Assembly (NCBI GenBank): GCA_047404215.1
Contig: JBDOIV010000013.1
Location: forward strand, 794-64,793
Source: Rickettsiales bacterium
GTDB lineage: Bacteria > Pseudomonadota > Alphaproteobacteria > Rickettsiales > UBA1997
Direction: 5' to 3'
Length of the DNA stretch: 64,000 bases
A program made the translations under genes and the position numbers. How positions within the stretch are numbered: the first letter of the stretch is position 1; every line of letters begins with the position of its first letter. Positions 9,777-20,907 of this stretch are shown one piece after another. The notes beneath the pieces are model-generated. The model saw nothing but the letters and a program-made list of their open reading frames with translations, did no database searches and had not been told where the DNA came from.

Positions 9777-11057
9777 ATGGTTGTGAAAAATTTAGGCAAA
9801 AATCTAAATCAATGCTTTATTGGAAATGTTCAAGATGGCATCGATATAATAAGAGAGGGTTCAAAAACCTTTGATGATGCTAGCGAAGTGGTGTCAAAGC
9901 TGTCTCCAAAGATACCTACATATTTATACCGGCCGCACGCTCTAAAGAGGGCTGCAAAATGGTTTGAGAGTTGCTTTACCAACTTTCAATCGTCAAATGG
10001 CGAGAATTATAGCAGCAAGGTATTATTTTCTGTAAAAAGCAATTGCGATGAAAGGGTGATTAGAGATGTATATGAGGGCGGGGTTAGGGGCTTTGATGTG
10101 GCGTCTATTAACGAAGTAATAAAAGTCGATTCCTTGATCGGAAAGCGGGCTAGGATATATTTTATGCATCCAATTAAGCCTAAAGAGGTGATTAGTGAGT
10201 CGTATTTTAAGCATGGCGTTAAGGATTTCTCGTTTGATAGCCAAGAAGAGTTGGATAAAATGCTATTAGCAACTCATGGCGCCAAAGACTTGTCTTTACA
10301 TTTAAGGATAATGGTGGAAAATAAATCTTCGGCGATTGATTTGTCGGGTAAGTTTGGAATTGATTTAGAAAGGTCGTTAGACTTGGCCATTAAGGCAAGA
10401 AAAGTTGCTAAAAGCTTTGGTGTCTGCTTTCATGTTGGTTCGCAGTGTATGGACTCAATGCAGTTTGGTGCCGCGATAAAGAGGGTGGCTGACTTTTTCT
10501 CCAAGGTTGATATAAAAATAGATAGTTTTGATGTTGGTGGCGGCTTTCCATCTTGCTACCCTGGAATGAGAGCTGAAAGTATGACTAGTTATATTGAGCA
10601 AATTAGATCTTCGCTTAAATTGACAAGCTTTCCTAAGGATTGCGATATTTTATGCGAGCCGGGAAGGGCGATATCTGCCGGCTGCGAATCTCTGTTGGTT
10701 AGGGTGGAGGCCAGGAAGGGTAGCATGCTTTATATTAACGACGGCACATATGGTGGACTGTTTGATGCTGGAATTTTTGGATTCTCTTATTTTTGTGAAG
10801 TATATGATAGACAAGGTAACAAAAGAAGTGGAAAGGGGGTTGTTGATTATAGTCTCTATGGGCCAACCTGTGACTCTGTTGATTTTATGAAGGGTCCTTT
10901 TGCCTTACCTCAGGATGTTGAAGCTGGAGATTATATAGAAATGCATAACTTTGGATCCTACTCGAAGAGTTTAAGAACCTCTTTCAATGGCTATGGAGAT
11001 ATAATGCAAATCGATGTGGAAAATGAAGTTGATAAAAAATATTGTCAACTATTTTAA
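9777..11057 (+). CDS. Alanine-racemase-fold (type III PLP) ornithine/arginine/lysine decarboxylase
   Basis: FSVKSN (PLP Lys), FDVAS, FHVGSQ, DVGGGFP, EPGR, GPTCDS. Confidence 0.92.
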   Translation: MVVKNLGKNLNQCFIGNVQDGIDIIREGSKTFDDASEVVSKLSPKIPTYLYRPHALKRAAKWFESCFTNFQSSNGENYSSKVLFSVKSNCDERVIRDVYEGGVRGFDVASINEVIKVDSLIGKRARIYFMHPIKPKEVISESYFKHGVKDFSFDSQEELDKMLLATHGAKDLSLHLRIMVENKSSAIDLSGKFGIDLERSLDLAIKARKVAKSFGVCFHVGSQCMDSMQFGAAIKRVADFFSKVDIKIDSFDVGGGFPSCYPGMRAESMTSYIEQIRSSLKLTSFPKDCDILCEPGRAISAGCESLLVRVEARKGSMLYINDGTYGGLFDAGIFGFSYFCEVYDRQGNKRSGKGVVDYSLYGPTCDSVDFMKGPFALPQDVEAGDYIEMHNFGSYSKSLRTSFNGYGDIMQIDVENEVDKKYCQLF

Positions 11058-11079
11058 AATTAAATGTTAAAAATAAATA

Positions 11080-12102
11080 ATGATTACAAAAAAAAGCTTG
11101 CTCGATAAAGAGATTAAGCATATAGATATTACATCTTTTGATGCAAGGCCGATAGTTAATCAAATGAAAGACATGTCTTTTACTTCAAGAGATTTGGCGC
11201 GTGCCGGTGAGATCCTTGAGATGATGTTGCAAGATGATGGTTGCGCTGTGATATTGGCGTTGTCAGGATCAACTTCTGCAGGGGGCTGTATGAAGCTATA
11301 TGCGGATATGATAAAATACAATATGGTTGATGCGATTGTTGCTACTGGAGCCTCTATTGTGGATATGGATTTTTTCGAGGCTCTTGGTTTTAAGCATTAT
11401 CAGGCTAAGGACGAGGTTGATGATAAGGTGTTACGAGATTTGTATATTGATCGAATATATGATACCTATATTGATGAAGAAGAGTTGCAGAAGTGTGATA
11501 ATGCTATATTAGAGATCGCAAATTCTTTAGAAAAGAGACCTTATTCTTCAAGGGAGTTTATATGGGAAATGGGTAAATATCTAAAATCTTATGCCAAGAA
11601 AAAAAGCTCTCTGATTGAGCTTGCTTACGACCATAATGTGCCGATTTTCTGTCCTGCATTTACTGACTCTTCAGCGGGCTTTGGTCTTGTAGCTCATCAA
11701 GTTGCCAACCCCGAATCCTACATGTCTATAGACTCTGTTGCTGATTTTCGTGAATTAACAGAAGTAAAAATTAAAGCTGGTGATAGTGGTTTATTTATGA
11801 TAGGTGGTGGTGTTCCTAAAAATTTTGTACAGGATACGGTGATATGTGCTGAGGTTATTGGCAAGGAGGTGGCGATGCATAAATATGCAGTACAGATTAC
11901 CGTTGCTGATAGCAGGGATGGGGCTTGTTCAAGTTCGACTTTAAAGGAAGCTTCGTCTTGGGGTAAGGTTGATACTGTTTATGAGCAAATGGTCTTTGCG
12001 GAAGCGACGTCGGTATTGCCTTTGTTGATATCCTCATCTTATCACCAAGGTTCTTGGCAGAAAAGGCCAAGAAGAGAATTCAATAAGATTTTCTTAAAGT
12101 AG
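11080..12102 (+). CDS. Deoxyhypusine synthase-like protein (SpeY-type, homospermidine pathway)
   Basis: IDRIYDTY, PIFCPAFTDSS, GGGVPKN, EASSWGK with the active-site Lys kept. Confidence 0.9.
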   Translation: MITKKSLLDKEIKHIDITSFDARPIVNQMKDMSFTSRDLARAGEILEMMLQDDGCAVILALSGSTSAGGCMKLYADMIKYNMVDAIVATGASIVDMDFFEALGFKHYQAKDEVDDKVLRDLYIDRIYDTYIDEEELQKCDNAILEIANSLEKRPYSSREFIWEMGKYLKSYAKKKSSLIELAYDHNVPIFCPAFTDSSAGFGLVAHQVANPESYMSIDSVADFRELTEVKIKAGDSGLFMIGGGVPKNFVQDTVICAEVIGKEVAMHKYAVQITVADSRDGACSSSTLKEASSWGKVDTVYEQMVFAEATSVLPLLISSSYHQGSWQKRPRREFNKIFLK

Positions 12103-12139
12103 CTTGATTTTTAGTTGATCTATATTTAAGATATGAGGT

Positions 12140-12640
12140 ATGAAAAACTTCCACAGTAACTCTCTATTTGTTGTTGCTTTACACTTTGTTGCTATCGCTT
12201 GCGCTGCAATTAGCTATGTTGATTTTAAGATAGTGGCATTTTCGGTGGCAGTGCCAATGTTTGAAGTGATGATTGTTTATTATGCCAGAATATTTCGCAA
12301 AATATTCTCGCTATGGATGGTTTTTGTGTTGGGATTAATTGCCGACTCAATGTCGGGAGGTGTTCTGGGCGCTACTGCGCTATCTTATATTGTTGTCATT
12401 AAGGCTTTTGAATATTTAGAGGACAGGCTGGCAATTAAAGATAGCTTTTCACAAGTTTTTCGTAGGTTTATAATGTTCTTGGTTAGTTTTGTTTTGTTAA
12501 AATATGTTGTACTACTAGTTGCCATGGCCGCAGGATATGATGTGAAGTTTGTTTTAATAAAAATAATCTTGACCGCTATATGCTATGTATTTGTTCATAA
12601 TATCTTAGAACATTACTATAAAAAATATACTTTTACTTAG
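12140..12640 (+). CDS. mreD: Rod shape-determining protein MreD-like
   Basis: Multi-TM, VFVLGLIADSMSGGVLG motif, directly upstream of PBP2. Confidence 0.75.
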   Translation: MKNFHSNSLFVVALHFVAIACAAISYVDFKIVAFSVAVPMFEVMIVYYARIFRKIFSLWMVFVLGLIADSMSGGVLGATALSYIVVIKAFEYLEDRLAIKDSFSQVFRRFIMFLVSFVLLKYVVLLVAMAAGYDVKFVLIKIILTAICYVFVHNILEHYYKKYTFT

Positions 12641-14458
12641 ATGTTTCGCGATATTAGAAAAAATAAAGTATTTAATAGAAGGGTCTTTATCGTGACCATG
12701 GGGCAGGTCTTTTTCACATCGACCCTGGTTTCAAGGTTGGGATTTTTACAAATATATAAACATAATAACTATTCGATGCAAAGTGACTCGAATAGTATTA
12801 AGCCAGTATTTAAACCTGCAGAGCGAGGTGTTATATATGATAGAAATGGCCTAGCTTTAACTAAAAATACTGAGCAATATCAGCTGTTCCTTTACATTGA
12901 GAGTAGAGTAAAAGCGCGACAGTTTGTTAAAACTTTATCGGAAGTGCTGATCTTAAAATATAAAGAAAAAAGAAGCATATTGCGCAAAGTTTTAAAGGCG
13001 AGAAGGGGTTCTGTGGTTTTGTTGATGAATAGCATGACATGGGGCGATCTTGCTAGGGTAGAGTCTGCTTTTTATAAGCTGGATGGTGCAATTATTGAAA
13101 GCCGTTATATTAGATCTTGTTTATTTCCTCATGAGCTTGCTCATTTAATGGGCTATGTAGCCACTCCTTCAAAAAGAGATATTAAGAATTCTGACGACTT
13201 GAGGCCAGTCTTGTTAAGTCCGGGCTATAGGATTGGTAAATCTGGCCTCGAAAAAGCTTATGAGAATAGTCTCAGAGGAAAATATGGTGTAAAATATGTT
13301 GAGGTTAATTCGGCTGATAAACCAATCAGGGTGGCATCTGAGAAAAAGTCGACAATGGGGGATTCGTTAATTACGACAATAGATGTAGATTTACAAAAAT
13401 ATGCTTACCAAAGAATTGTTAAAGAGGTTGCCTGTGTTTCTGTAATGGATATTAAAACCGGAGAGATATTGGTCTGCACCTCGTCACCATCTTTTGATAT
13501 CAATAGGCTGTCTCAAGGTGTTTCTTATGAATATTGGCAAAAGATTAGTAAAGATAAAAATTTACCTTTAAACAATAGAGTGATTTCTGCTATTTATCCA
13601 CCGGGCTCGGTTTTTAAAATTATTACTGCTATTGCGGCTTTGGAAGAGGGTTTGAACCCGGCTGAATTGGTGAATTGTAAGGGTCATATAGAATATGGCA
13701 ATAGAAGATTGCATTGTTGGAAAAAAGAGGGTCATGGCAAGGTTGACCTTGTTCAAGCTTTGCAAAAGTCGTGCAATGTTTACTTTTTTGAGATAGCAAA
13801 AACCTTAGGAATGAAGAAGATAAACGAGGTTGCTGGGCGCTTTGGTTATGGCCAAAAATTTGACTTGGGCCTTGACGGGGTCAGTGCTGGCAACCTTCCT
13901 GATGAAGACTGGAAACAACAAGTTTATAAACAGAGATGGGTTGGTGGCGATACTTTAAATTGCGCTATTGGACAGGGCTTTGTTTTGTCAACTCCGCTAC
14001 AATTGACTTTGGGAATGGCGAGGTTTGCAAATGGTGGTTATAAAATTAACCCCTCGCTGGTTAGAAGTTCTGCCTCAAATAATCAGATAGAGCTGAATAA
14101 GGTTGAAAAAATCATCAAAAATGAAAGTCATTATAGCTTAATCAGTGAAGCGTTGAACAATGTGGTTAATCAGAAAAAAGGTACCGCCTATTATCAAAGA
14201 ATAAAAGAGAAGGGATTTGAGATGGCGGGAAAAACAGGAACTTCGCAAGTGGTGTCAAAAAGAGAGGATGAGATGACCAAATCCGAGTCAAGAAGAAGGC
14301 GCAATAAGAACCATGCAATCTTCGCGGGATACGCCCCTGTTCAAAGCCCCAAATACTCTATATCAGTGGTTGTAGAGCATGGTGGAAGTGGCTCAGTTGC
14401 AGCGGCGCCAGTAGCAAGAGATATCTTGCTAAAAGCACAAAAGCTAAATATAAGATAA
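12641..14458 (+). CDS. mrdA: Penicillin-binding protein 2
   Basis: N-terminal FNRR plus TM, RGVIYDRNG, YPPGSVFK (SxxK), SCN, KTGTSQ. Confidence 0.95.
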   Translation: MFRDIRKNKVFNRRVFIVTMGQVFFTSTLVSRLGFLQIYKHNNYSMQSDSNSIKPVFKPAERGVIYDRNGLALTKNTEQYQLFLYIESRVKARQFVKTLSEVLILKYKEKRSILRKVLKARRGSVVLLMNSMTWGDLARVESAFYKLDGAIIESRYIRSCLFPHELAHLMGYVATPSKRDIKNSDDLRPVLLSPGYRIGKSGLEKAYENSLRGKYGVKYVEVNSADKPIRVASEKKSTMGDSLITTIDVDLQKYAYQRIVKEVACVSVMDIKTGEILVCTSSPSFDINRLSQGVSYEYWQKISKDKNLPLNNRVISAIYPPGSVFKIITAIAALEEGLNPAELVNCKGHIEYGNRRLHCWKKEGHGKVDLVQALQKSCNVYFFEIAKTLGMKKINEVAGRFGYGQKFDLGLDGVSAGNLPDEDWKQQVYKQRWVGGDTLNCAIGQGFVLSTPLQLTLGMARFANGGYKINPSLVRSSASNNQIELNKVEKIIKNESHYSLISEALNNVVNQKKGTAYYQRIKEKGFEMAGKTGTSQVVSKREDEMTKSESRRRRNKNHAIFAGYAPVQSPKYSISVVVEHGGSGSVAAAPVARDILLKAQKLNIR

Positions 14459-14535
14459 TTGTCTTTTTTGCTTGAAATCTAAGATTTATTAGTTAAGATA
14501 TAAGGCATATGAAATAATTATTAATTTTTTATTGA

Positions 14536-15969
<1,434 letters not shown>

Positions 15970-15975
15970 ATAAAT

Positions 15976-16233
15976 ATGAAAAACCTTGTTAGTGTTGAAA
16001 TAATTAATATTGAGGGCCTTGTTTTTAAAGGGCAGGCTCGTCAAGTAGTTGTTCCTTGTGCTTCGGGAGATATTGGTGTTCTTCCTAATCATGAACAGTT
16101 CGTAGCTGAGCTACGTGAGGGTGAGGTTAGAATTCTTGATAATGAAGATAGGGTGATCAAGGATGTTGCTGTTAAGTCGGGAACGGCTGAATTCTACGGC
16201 GATGAAGGTTTAAGAGTTTTGATAGACTCATAG
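15976..16233 (+). CDS. atpC: F1 ATP synthase epsilon subunit (N-terminal domain only)
   Basis: VVVP-x2-GDIGVLPNH motif; follows atpD; 85 aa. Confidence 0.9.
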   Translation: MKNLVSVEIINIEGLVFKGQARQVVVPCASGDIGVLPNHEQFVAELREGEVRILDNEDRVIKDVAVKSGTAEFYGDEGLRVLIDS

Positions 16234-16566
16234 ATCTTTTTTTATCGACTTCTTTTTTCTTATTAAACTCTTCTTTTTTGAATCTGGCTCTATTCCCTCT
16301 TTGTGAGCACATTGAATTGCTAGTTGCATTAGTAAATTTACAGCTAATATATTGAGTATTATGGCTAGAAATGACAAAACCAAGATGTTTGGATTGTCAT
16401 AATTCAAGGCCCATGCAAAAATTAAAATATTTATTGCGTATAAGCCCAGGTTCTTAATGTGCTGCAGTTTGGAGAAAAAATCCTTAGATCTGAAAATACC
16501 AACGCCACAGGAAGTGAATATAAGGGCTGCAAAAATTGATAGTAGTAGTGAAAAATAATAAATCAT
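16228..16566 (-). CDS. Divergent Mrp/Mnh Na+/H+ antiporter subunit G-like protein
   Basis: GVGIFRSKDFFSKLQH resembles the MnhG GxxRFxDFYxRLHA motif; 3 TM segments. Confidence 0.6.
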   Translation of the reverse strand: MIYYFSLLLSIFAALIFTSCGVGIFRSKDFFSKLQHIKNLGLYAINILIFAWALNYDNPNILVLSFLAIILNILAVNLLMQLAIQCAHKEGIEPDSKKKSLIRKKKSIKKDL

Positions 16567-16796
16567 TTTCTGAATTTGGTAATAATTATTATTAAAAGAA
16601 TTTTGGCAACAATTATCGCCAGTAGTAGGTTGGCTAAAGTGGACTGATTTAGATTGAGGTTGATCAATGCAATGGCTAGTGTTGTTATAAAGGTAGCATA
16701 GAGACCGATAATCTTTTCGGAAATACTAATGGCAGTTAAATAGTTGATTAATATAAAGAATGCTGCTATTAGTAGCAGAGTGTTAGCAATCATCAC
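16563..16796 (-). CDS. Small 3-TM protein, probably a divergent MnhF/MrpF
   Basis: Size, hydrophobicity and position immediately upstream of the MnhG-like gene. Confidence 0.45.
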   Translation of the reverse strand: MMIANTLLLIAAFFILINYLTAISISEKIIGLYATFITTLAIALINLNLNQSTLANLLLAIIVAKILLIIIITKFRK

Positions 16797-17316
16797 TGTA
16801 TGGGTCTTTTATTTTTAAGGACTTTAGAATCTTGACTTCTAAAAGCTCCATTTTGTCGGCATCCTGATCATTGCGATGATCGTGCCCAATTAAGTGTAAA
16901 ATTGAGTGCAAAATAAGATGCGTAAGGTGGCTATCAAATGTTTTTGAGTATGATTGGTTAACCTCTTTTCTAATGTTGTCTAGAGATATTATAATGTCTC
17001 CTAAAAATAGAAATTGTCTTGATTTGGCTAATGATTTAAAATTGGGCTTGTCACTTTCTAAATCGAGGGCAGGGAAGGAGAGTATATTTGTTGATTTATT
17101 TTTTTGGCGATGTTGGTTATTGATAGCTTTTATTTGCTTTGAATTAGCAAGGCAAATTGCAAGCTCAATTTGATTATTGGATTTTAAGAATTCAGAAACG
17201 GGGATTTTGACAATTATACTCCTGACAATCTTTTGTATTTTTGATTGGATGTTGCTGATAGAGTGCCAATCGTTTGTTCTGGTTATGATATCGATAACGA
17301 TTTGATTATCTTGCAT
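16783..17316 (-). CDS. ybeY: rRNA maturation RNase YbeY
   Basis: TNILSFP, LGDIII, HSILHLIGHDH. Confidence 0.94.
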   Translation of the reverse strand: MQDNQIVIDIITRTNDWHSISNIQSKIQKIVRSIIVKIPVSEFLKSNNQIELAICLANSKQIKAINNQHRQKNKSTNILSFPALDLESDKPNFKSLAKSRQFLFLGDIIISLDNIRKEVNQSYSKTFDSHLTHLILHSILHLIGHDHRNDQDADKMELLEVKILKSLKIKDPYSDDC

Positions 17317-17944
17317 CTTTTAAACCCCCGAGCCAATTTTGAAATTGTTTAAATGCTAGGCCACGATGACTGATCTGCTCTTTAAGGTCGGGGTCTATTT
17401 GGGCAAAGCTCTGCGACATGCCTTCTTTGATGAATATGGGGTCGTAGCCAAAACCTCGATCGCCAATTGGTTGGCAAATTGCACCACCGACGCGACCTTC
17501 AAATGAAATCGTAAAATTATTTGCGGGATTGAAATAGGTTAGGTTGCATACAAAAAATGCTTTGGCGGTTGAGACCTTGACATTTTTTTGTTGCAATTCT
17601 TGAAAAATTTTAGAAAAAGCGGCCGGAAAATCCTTTTTACCTTGTTGGTTCAGGGCGAACCTTGCAGAGTGGATTCCGGGTCTGTCGTCTAAGTCTATTA
17701 TGCAAAAGCCAGAATCGTCAGCTAGAGCTGGCATTTGTGCCTTTTGGCCATAAAATTTAGCTTTTATTAGTGAGTTTTCGGCGAAAGATTGACCATTCTC
17801 TTCAGGCTCTACGAAGTTTTGCAATGCATCAATCTCATTTGGCGCTAAAGCTTTGATAGATAGGTGGGATATCAGTCTAGAGATCTCCTTGATTTTGCCT
17901 TGATTGTTAGATGCTACTAAAATTTTATTTGGAATCGGGGCCAT
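17306..17944 (-). CDS. rdgB: Non-canonical purine NTP pyrophosphatase (Ham1/RdgB)
   Basis: ASNNQGK, ADDSG, GFGYDPIF, ISHR. Confidence 0.95.
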   Translation of the reverse strand: MAPIPNKILVASNNQGKIKEISRLISHLSIKALAPNEIDALQNFVEPEENGQSFAENSLIKAKFYGQKAQMPALADDSGFCIIDLDDRPGIHSARFALNQQGKKDFPAAFSKIFQELQQKNVKVSTAKAFFVCNLTYFNPANNFTISFEGRVGGAICQPIGDRGFGYDPIFIKEGMSQSFAQIDPDLKEQISHRGLAFKQFQNWLGGLKDAR

Positions 17945-18040
17945 TTTCTTCTTAGTTATTTTTTGATAAGTTTATCACAATTCTAGATATAGTCAATGAT
18001 AAATTATTAGTAGCTAGGCATGATTTTTTCGAGCTTGCAT

Positions 18041-18080
18041 AAAAAAACAGCCACTATTTGCTAGAAATAGGGCTGTTTTT
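18041..18080 (-). terminator. Intrinsic terminator downstream of rpsP
   Basis: AAAAACAGCC(A)CTATT/AATAGGGCTGTTTTT inverted repeat with a T-tract on the minus strand. Confidence 0.7.
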
Positions 18081-18089
18081 AAATGTGAA

Positions 18090-18572
18090 TTACTCAGTTT
18101 TTGCCTCTTCAGCAGCAGGAGCTTCTTCAGCAGGCTTTGCTTCTTCTTGAGCAGGAGCTTCTTTAGCGGCAGCTTCCTCAGCAGCTTTAGCAGCAGCTTC
18201 TTCTTTAGCTTTAGCAGCAGCTTCCTCAGCAGCTTCTTTTTCAGCTTCAATCTTTTCTAAAGCTTTCTTTTTCAGGCCTTCACCTTTTTGTTTTGGCTTG
18301 AAGTTTGGCTGGTGCTTTTCAGCGCCTGCAACGCCAAGCTCTCTAAGGAACTTAGCAACTTTTTCAGTTGGTTTAGCGCCAACACTTAACCAGTACTCCA
18401 CTCTATCTTTAACAACGGTGACTCGATTGTCATCGTCTTTGTTAAGAACAGGGTTGTAGGTACCTACTTTTTCAATGAATTTACTATCGCGAGGAGATGT
18501 TACGTTTGTCACTACTATTCTGTAGTAAGGTAATTTTTTTCTTCCTCCGCGAGCAAGGCGAATTTTTAACAT
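18090..18572 (-). CDS. rpsP: 30S ribosomal protein S16 with an Ala/Glu-rich C-terminal extension
   Basis: MLKIRLARGGRKKLPYYRIVV...SPRD...GTYNP. Confidence 0.97.
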   Translation of the reverse strand: MLKIRLARGGRKKLPYYRIVVTNVTSPRDSKFIEKVGTYNPVLNKDDDNRVTVVKDRVEYWLSVGAKPTEKVAKFLRELGVAGAEKHQPNFKPKQKGEGLKKKALEKIEAEKEAAEEAAAKAKEEAAAKAAEEAAAKEAPAQEEAKPAEEAPAAEEAKTE

Positions 18573-18688
18573 ATTATTTATCGAATTAATTTATTATTAG
18601 CCGCTTTTCGATAATGACGAACCATCATTATATAAGAGTCATCTTTAAAAGCAAGCTTTTTTTACATAAACAGGCCGCAAGGCCAATA

Positions 18689-20725
18689 TTAACTTTGTTG
18701 TTTTAGGTCTTTGCTACGATTATTCATGGTTTTTGAAGCTCTGGAAATGGCGTTGGTAAGGTGATAGTCGTAATCAATGGCGTTGATTTTGTAATCAACA
18801 CTGATTTTGTTACTATTTTTAGCTTTAACCCACTTTCTAGCAGACAATTCGTTAAGTTTACCAATATTTGGATAATCATTAGCTATTTTTTGTTCTAGAG
18901 ATTGTTGATCTTTGATATCAATCTTAATTTTGCAGAATTTTGCTAAATCAATGATGATTTGTGAATCGATTTTTGATTCTTTAGGTCCAAATATTGACCT
19001 TTTGGCTTTTTGTGGACGACCTTCGAGATTGATGTATAGGTCGTCTTTTTCGCTGAAGGCTAAGCCTGGCAATATTATGTCAGCCTTATTGGCGCCAAAA
19101 TCACCATGAGAGCCGATATAAACAACCGTACAATCTTCATGCTTTTTAAGTTCAATATTATCATCAGCGCCCATTAAAAAGAGTAATTTAGATTTGCCTT
19201 TTTTGGCACTGTCTAATATTTTGCTAGCATTTGCCTGATCAAAGCCAAGTTCAAGGCCATTGATTAGCCCGGTTGACTTGCTTAAGAAGTTGAATCCATT
19301 CCAACTTTCGTTAGTGATGTCAAACTTTTCAGCAACTTGCTTGGCTAGATTTAGCACCTCTTCTCCTTCCGCGCCACTAACTGCATCGGAACCGATTATT
19401 ATTAATGGCTTAGTGCTGTCTTTAAGGGCCTTGGCAAAGACTGATTTTTCATCTAAAATATCTTGCAAAGATTGGGCGGTATCACCAAGATTTTCATATT
19501 TGTAAGTGACGTCTTGATCGAGGCCAATAGCTGCTACTTTATAATTTTTATTGGCTGCTTTTTGTGTGATTCTGGAGTTTAAGACGGGGCAATCTTTTCT
19601 AGGGTTGACACCAATTAACAGCAAACTATCTGACTCTTCAACTTTCTCAATAGAGGTGTTAAATAAATAAGAGGCAGAATCTTTGGAGTTTAGTTTCTCG
19701 TTGTTGGTCCTGCAGTCATAATTCTTGCTTTTTAGAGAGTCCATTAGACTTTTTAGGACGTAGATATCGTTTACCGATGATAGCTGGCCGCTAAGAGCGC
19801 TTATTTCTTCTGGTTTTGAAGATTTGATTATGCTGGCAATTTTGGCAAAAGCTTTTTCAAAAGTTGACTTCTTTAATTTACCTTTTTCTTTGACATATAC
19901 ACTATCAAGTCTTTGATATTTTAGGCCGTCATATGAGAATCTAGCCTTGTCAGAAATCCACTCTTCGTTAATTTCTTCATTAACTCTGGGCAGGGTGCGC
20001 ATAACTTCAAAGCTGTATGAGTCAAGACGAGTATTGCTGCCCATAGCATCGGTTATGTCAATGGTATCAGTTTTTTTAAGTTCCCAGCTACGCGCTTTAA
20101 AAGAGTATGGTTTTGAGTTTAGGGCGCCAACCGGACATAAATCAATTACATTGCCAGAAAGTTCCGAAGTCATTGATTTTTCTAGGTAAGAAGTAATTTC
20201 CATGGTTTCGCCACGACCAACCGCTCCTAGCTCTTCAACGCCAGCAACATCAGTAGTGAAGCGGACGCATCTTGTGCAGTGGATACATCTAGTCATGATG
20301 GTTTTGATCAGGGTGCCAAGATTTTTTGAAGTGACGCCGCGTTTGTTCTCTTTATATTCGCTACAATCTTTGCCATATTGATATGCTTGATCCTGAAGGT
20401 CGCATTCGCCACCTTGGTCGCAGATAGGGCAGTCAAGGGGGTGGTTGGCAAGTAAAAACTCCATAGTGCCTTCACGAGCTTTTTTAACCATCTCGGAGTC
20501 GGTTTTTACCTTCATACCTTCGGTAGCCGGGGCAGCGCATGATGCAACTGGCTTTGGTGGTCCACCTTCAACTTCAACTAAGCACATGCGGCAATTACCA
20601 GCAATAGATAGGCGGTCATGATAGCAAAATCTTGGAATTTCAACGCCAGCGATATCGCAGGCTTGAATCAAGGTGATTCCTTCAGGTACCTGCACCTCTT
20701 TATCATTAATTGTTAAACTAGGCAT
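18689..20725 (-). CDS. nuoG: NADH-quinone oxidoreductase subunit G
   Basis: IPRFCYH, GNCRMCLVE, HPLDCPICDQGGECDLQ, RCIHCTRCVRF. Confidence 0.97.
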   Translation of the reverse strand: MPSLTINDKEVQVPEGITLIQACDIAGVEIPRFCYHDRLSIAGNCRMCLVEVEGGPPKPVASCAAPATEGMKVKTDSEMVKKAREGTMEFLLANHPLDCPICDQGGECDLQDQAYQYGKDCSEYKENKRGVTSKNLGTLIKTIMTRCIHCTRCVRFTTDVAGVEELGAVGRGETMEITSYLEKSMTSELSGNVIDLCPVGALNSKPYSFKARSWELKKTDTIDITDAMGSNTRLDSYSFEVMRTLPRVNEEINEEWISDKARFSYDGLKYQRLDSVYVKEKGKLKKSTFEKAFAKIASIIKSSKPEEISALSGQLSSVNDIYVLKSLMDSLKSKNYDCRTNNEKLNSKDSASYLFNTSIEKVEESDSLLLIGVNPRKDCPVLNSRITQKAANKNYKVAAIGLDQDVTYKYENLGDTAQSLQDILDEKSVFAKALKDSTKPLIIIGSDAVSGAEGEEVLNLAKQVAEKFDITNESWNGFNFLSKSTGLINGLELGFDQANASKILDSAKKGKSKLLFLMGADDNIELKKHEDCTVVYIGSHGDFGANKADIILPGLAFSEKDDLYINLEGRPQKAKRSIFGPKESKIDSQIIIDLAKFCKIKIDIKDQQSLEQKIANDYPNIGKLNELSARKWVKAKNSNKISVDYKINAIDYDYHLTNAISRASKTMNNRSKDLKQQS

Positions 20726-20907
20726 GTAAATTTATAATTTAATTTTCATCAATATAATTTCAATTATAGCAAATGATAAATAAAAATGCAATAGTCTTGT
20801 GGTTTTTATGACCTGGGAGTTGATTTTGTAATAAAAATGGCACAAGAAAGGGCAGCGAATATTGTCAGCTCTAGTTTTGTTGTCATTTAGAAACTCTTAC
20901 TATATTC

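Noticed and set aside
18014-18250. Leu/Lys-repeat 78-aa ORF
   Set aside because: Alternate frame of the Ala/Glu-rich S16 tail
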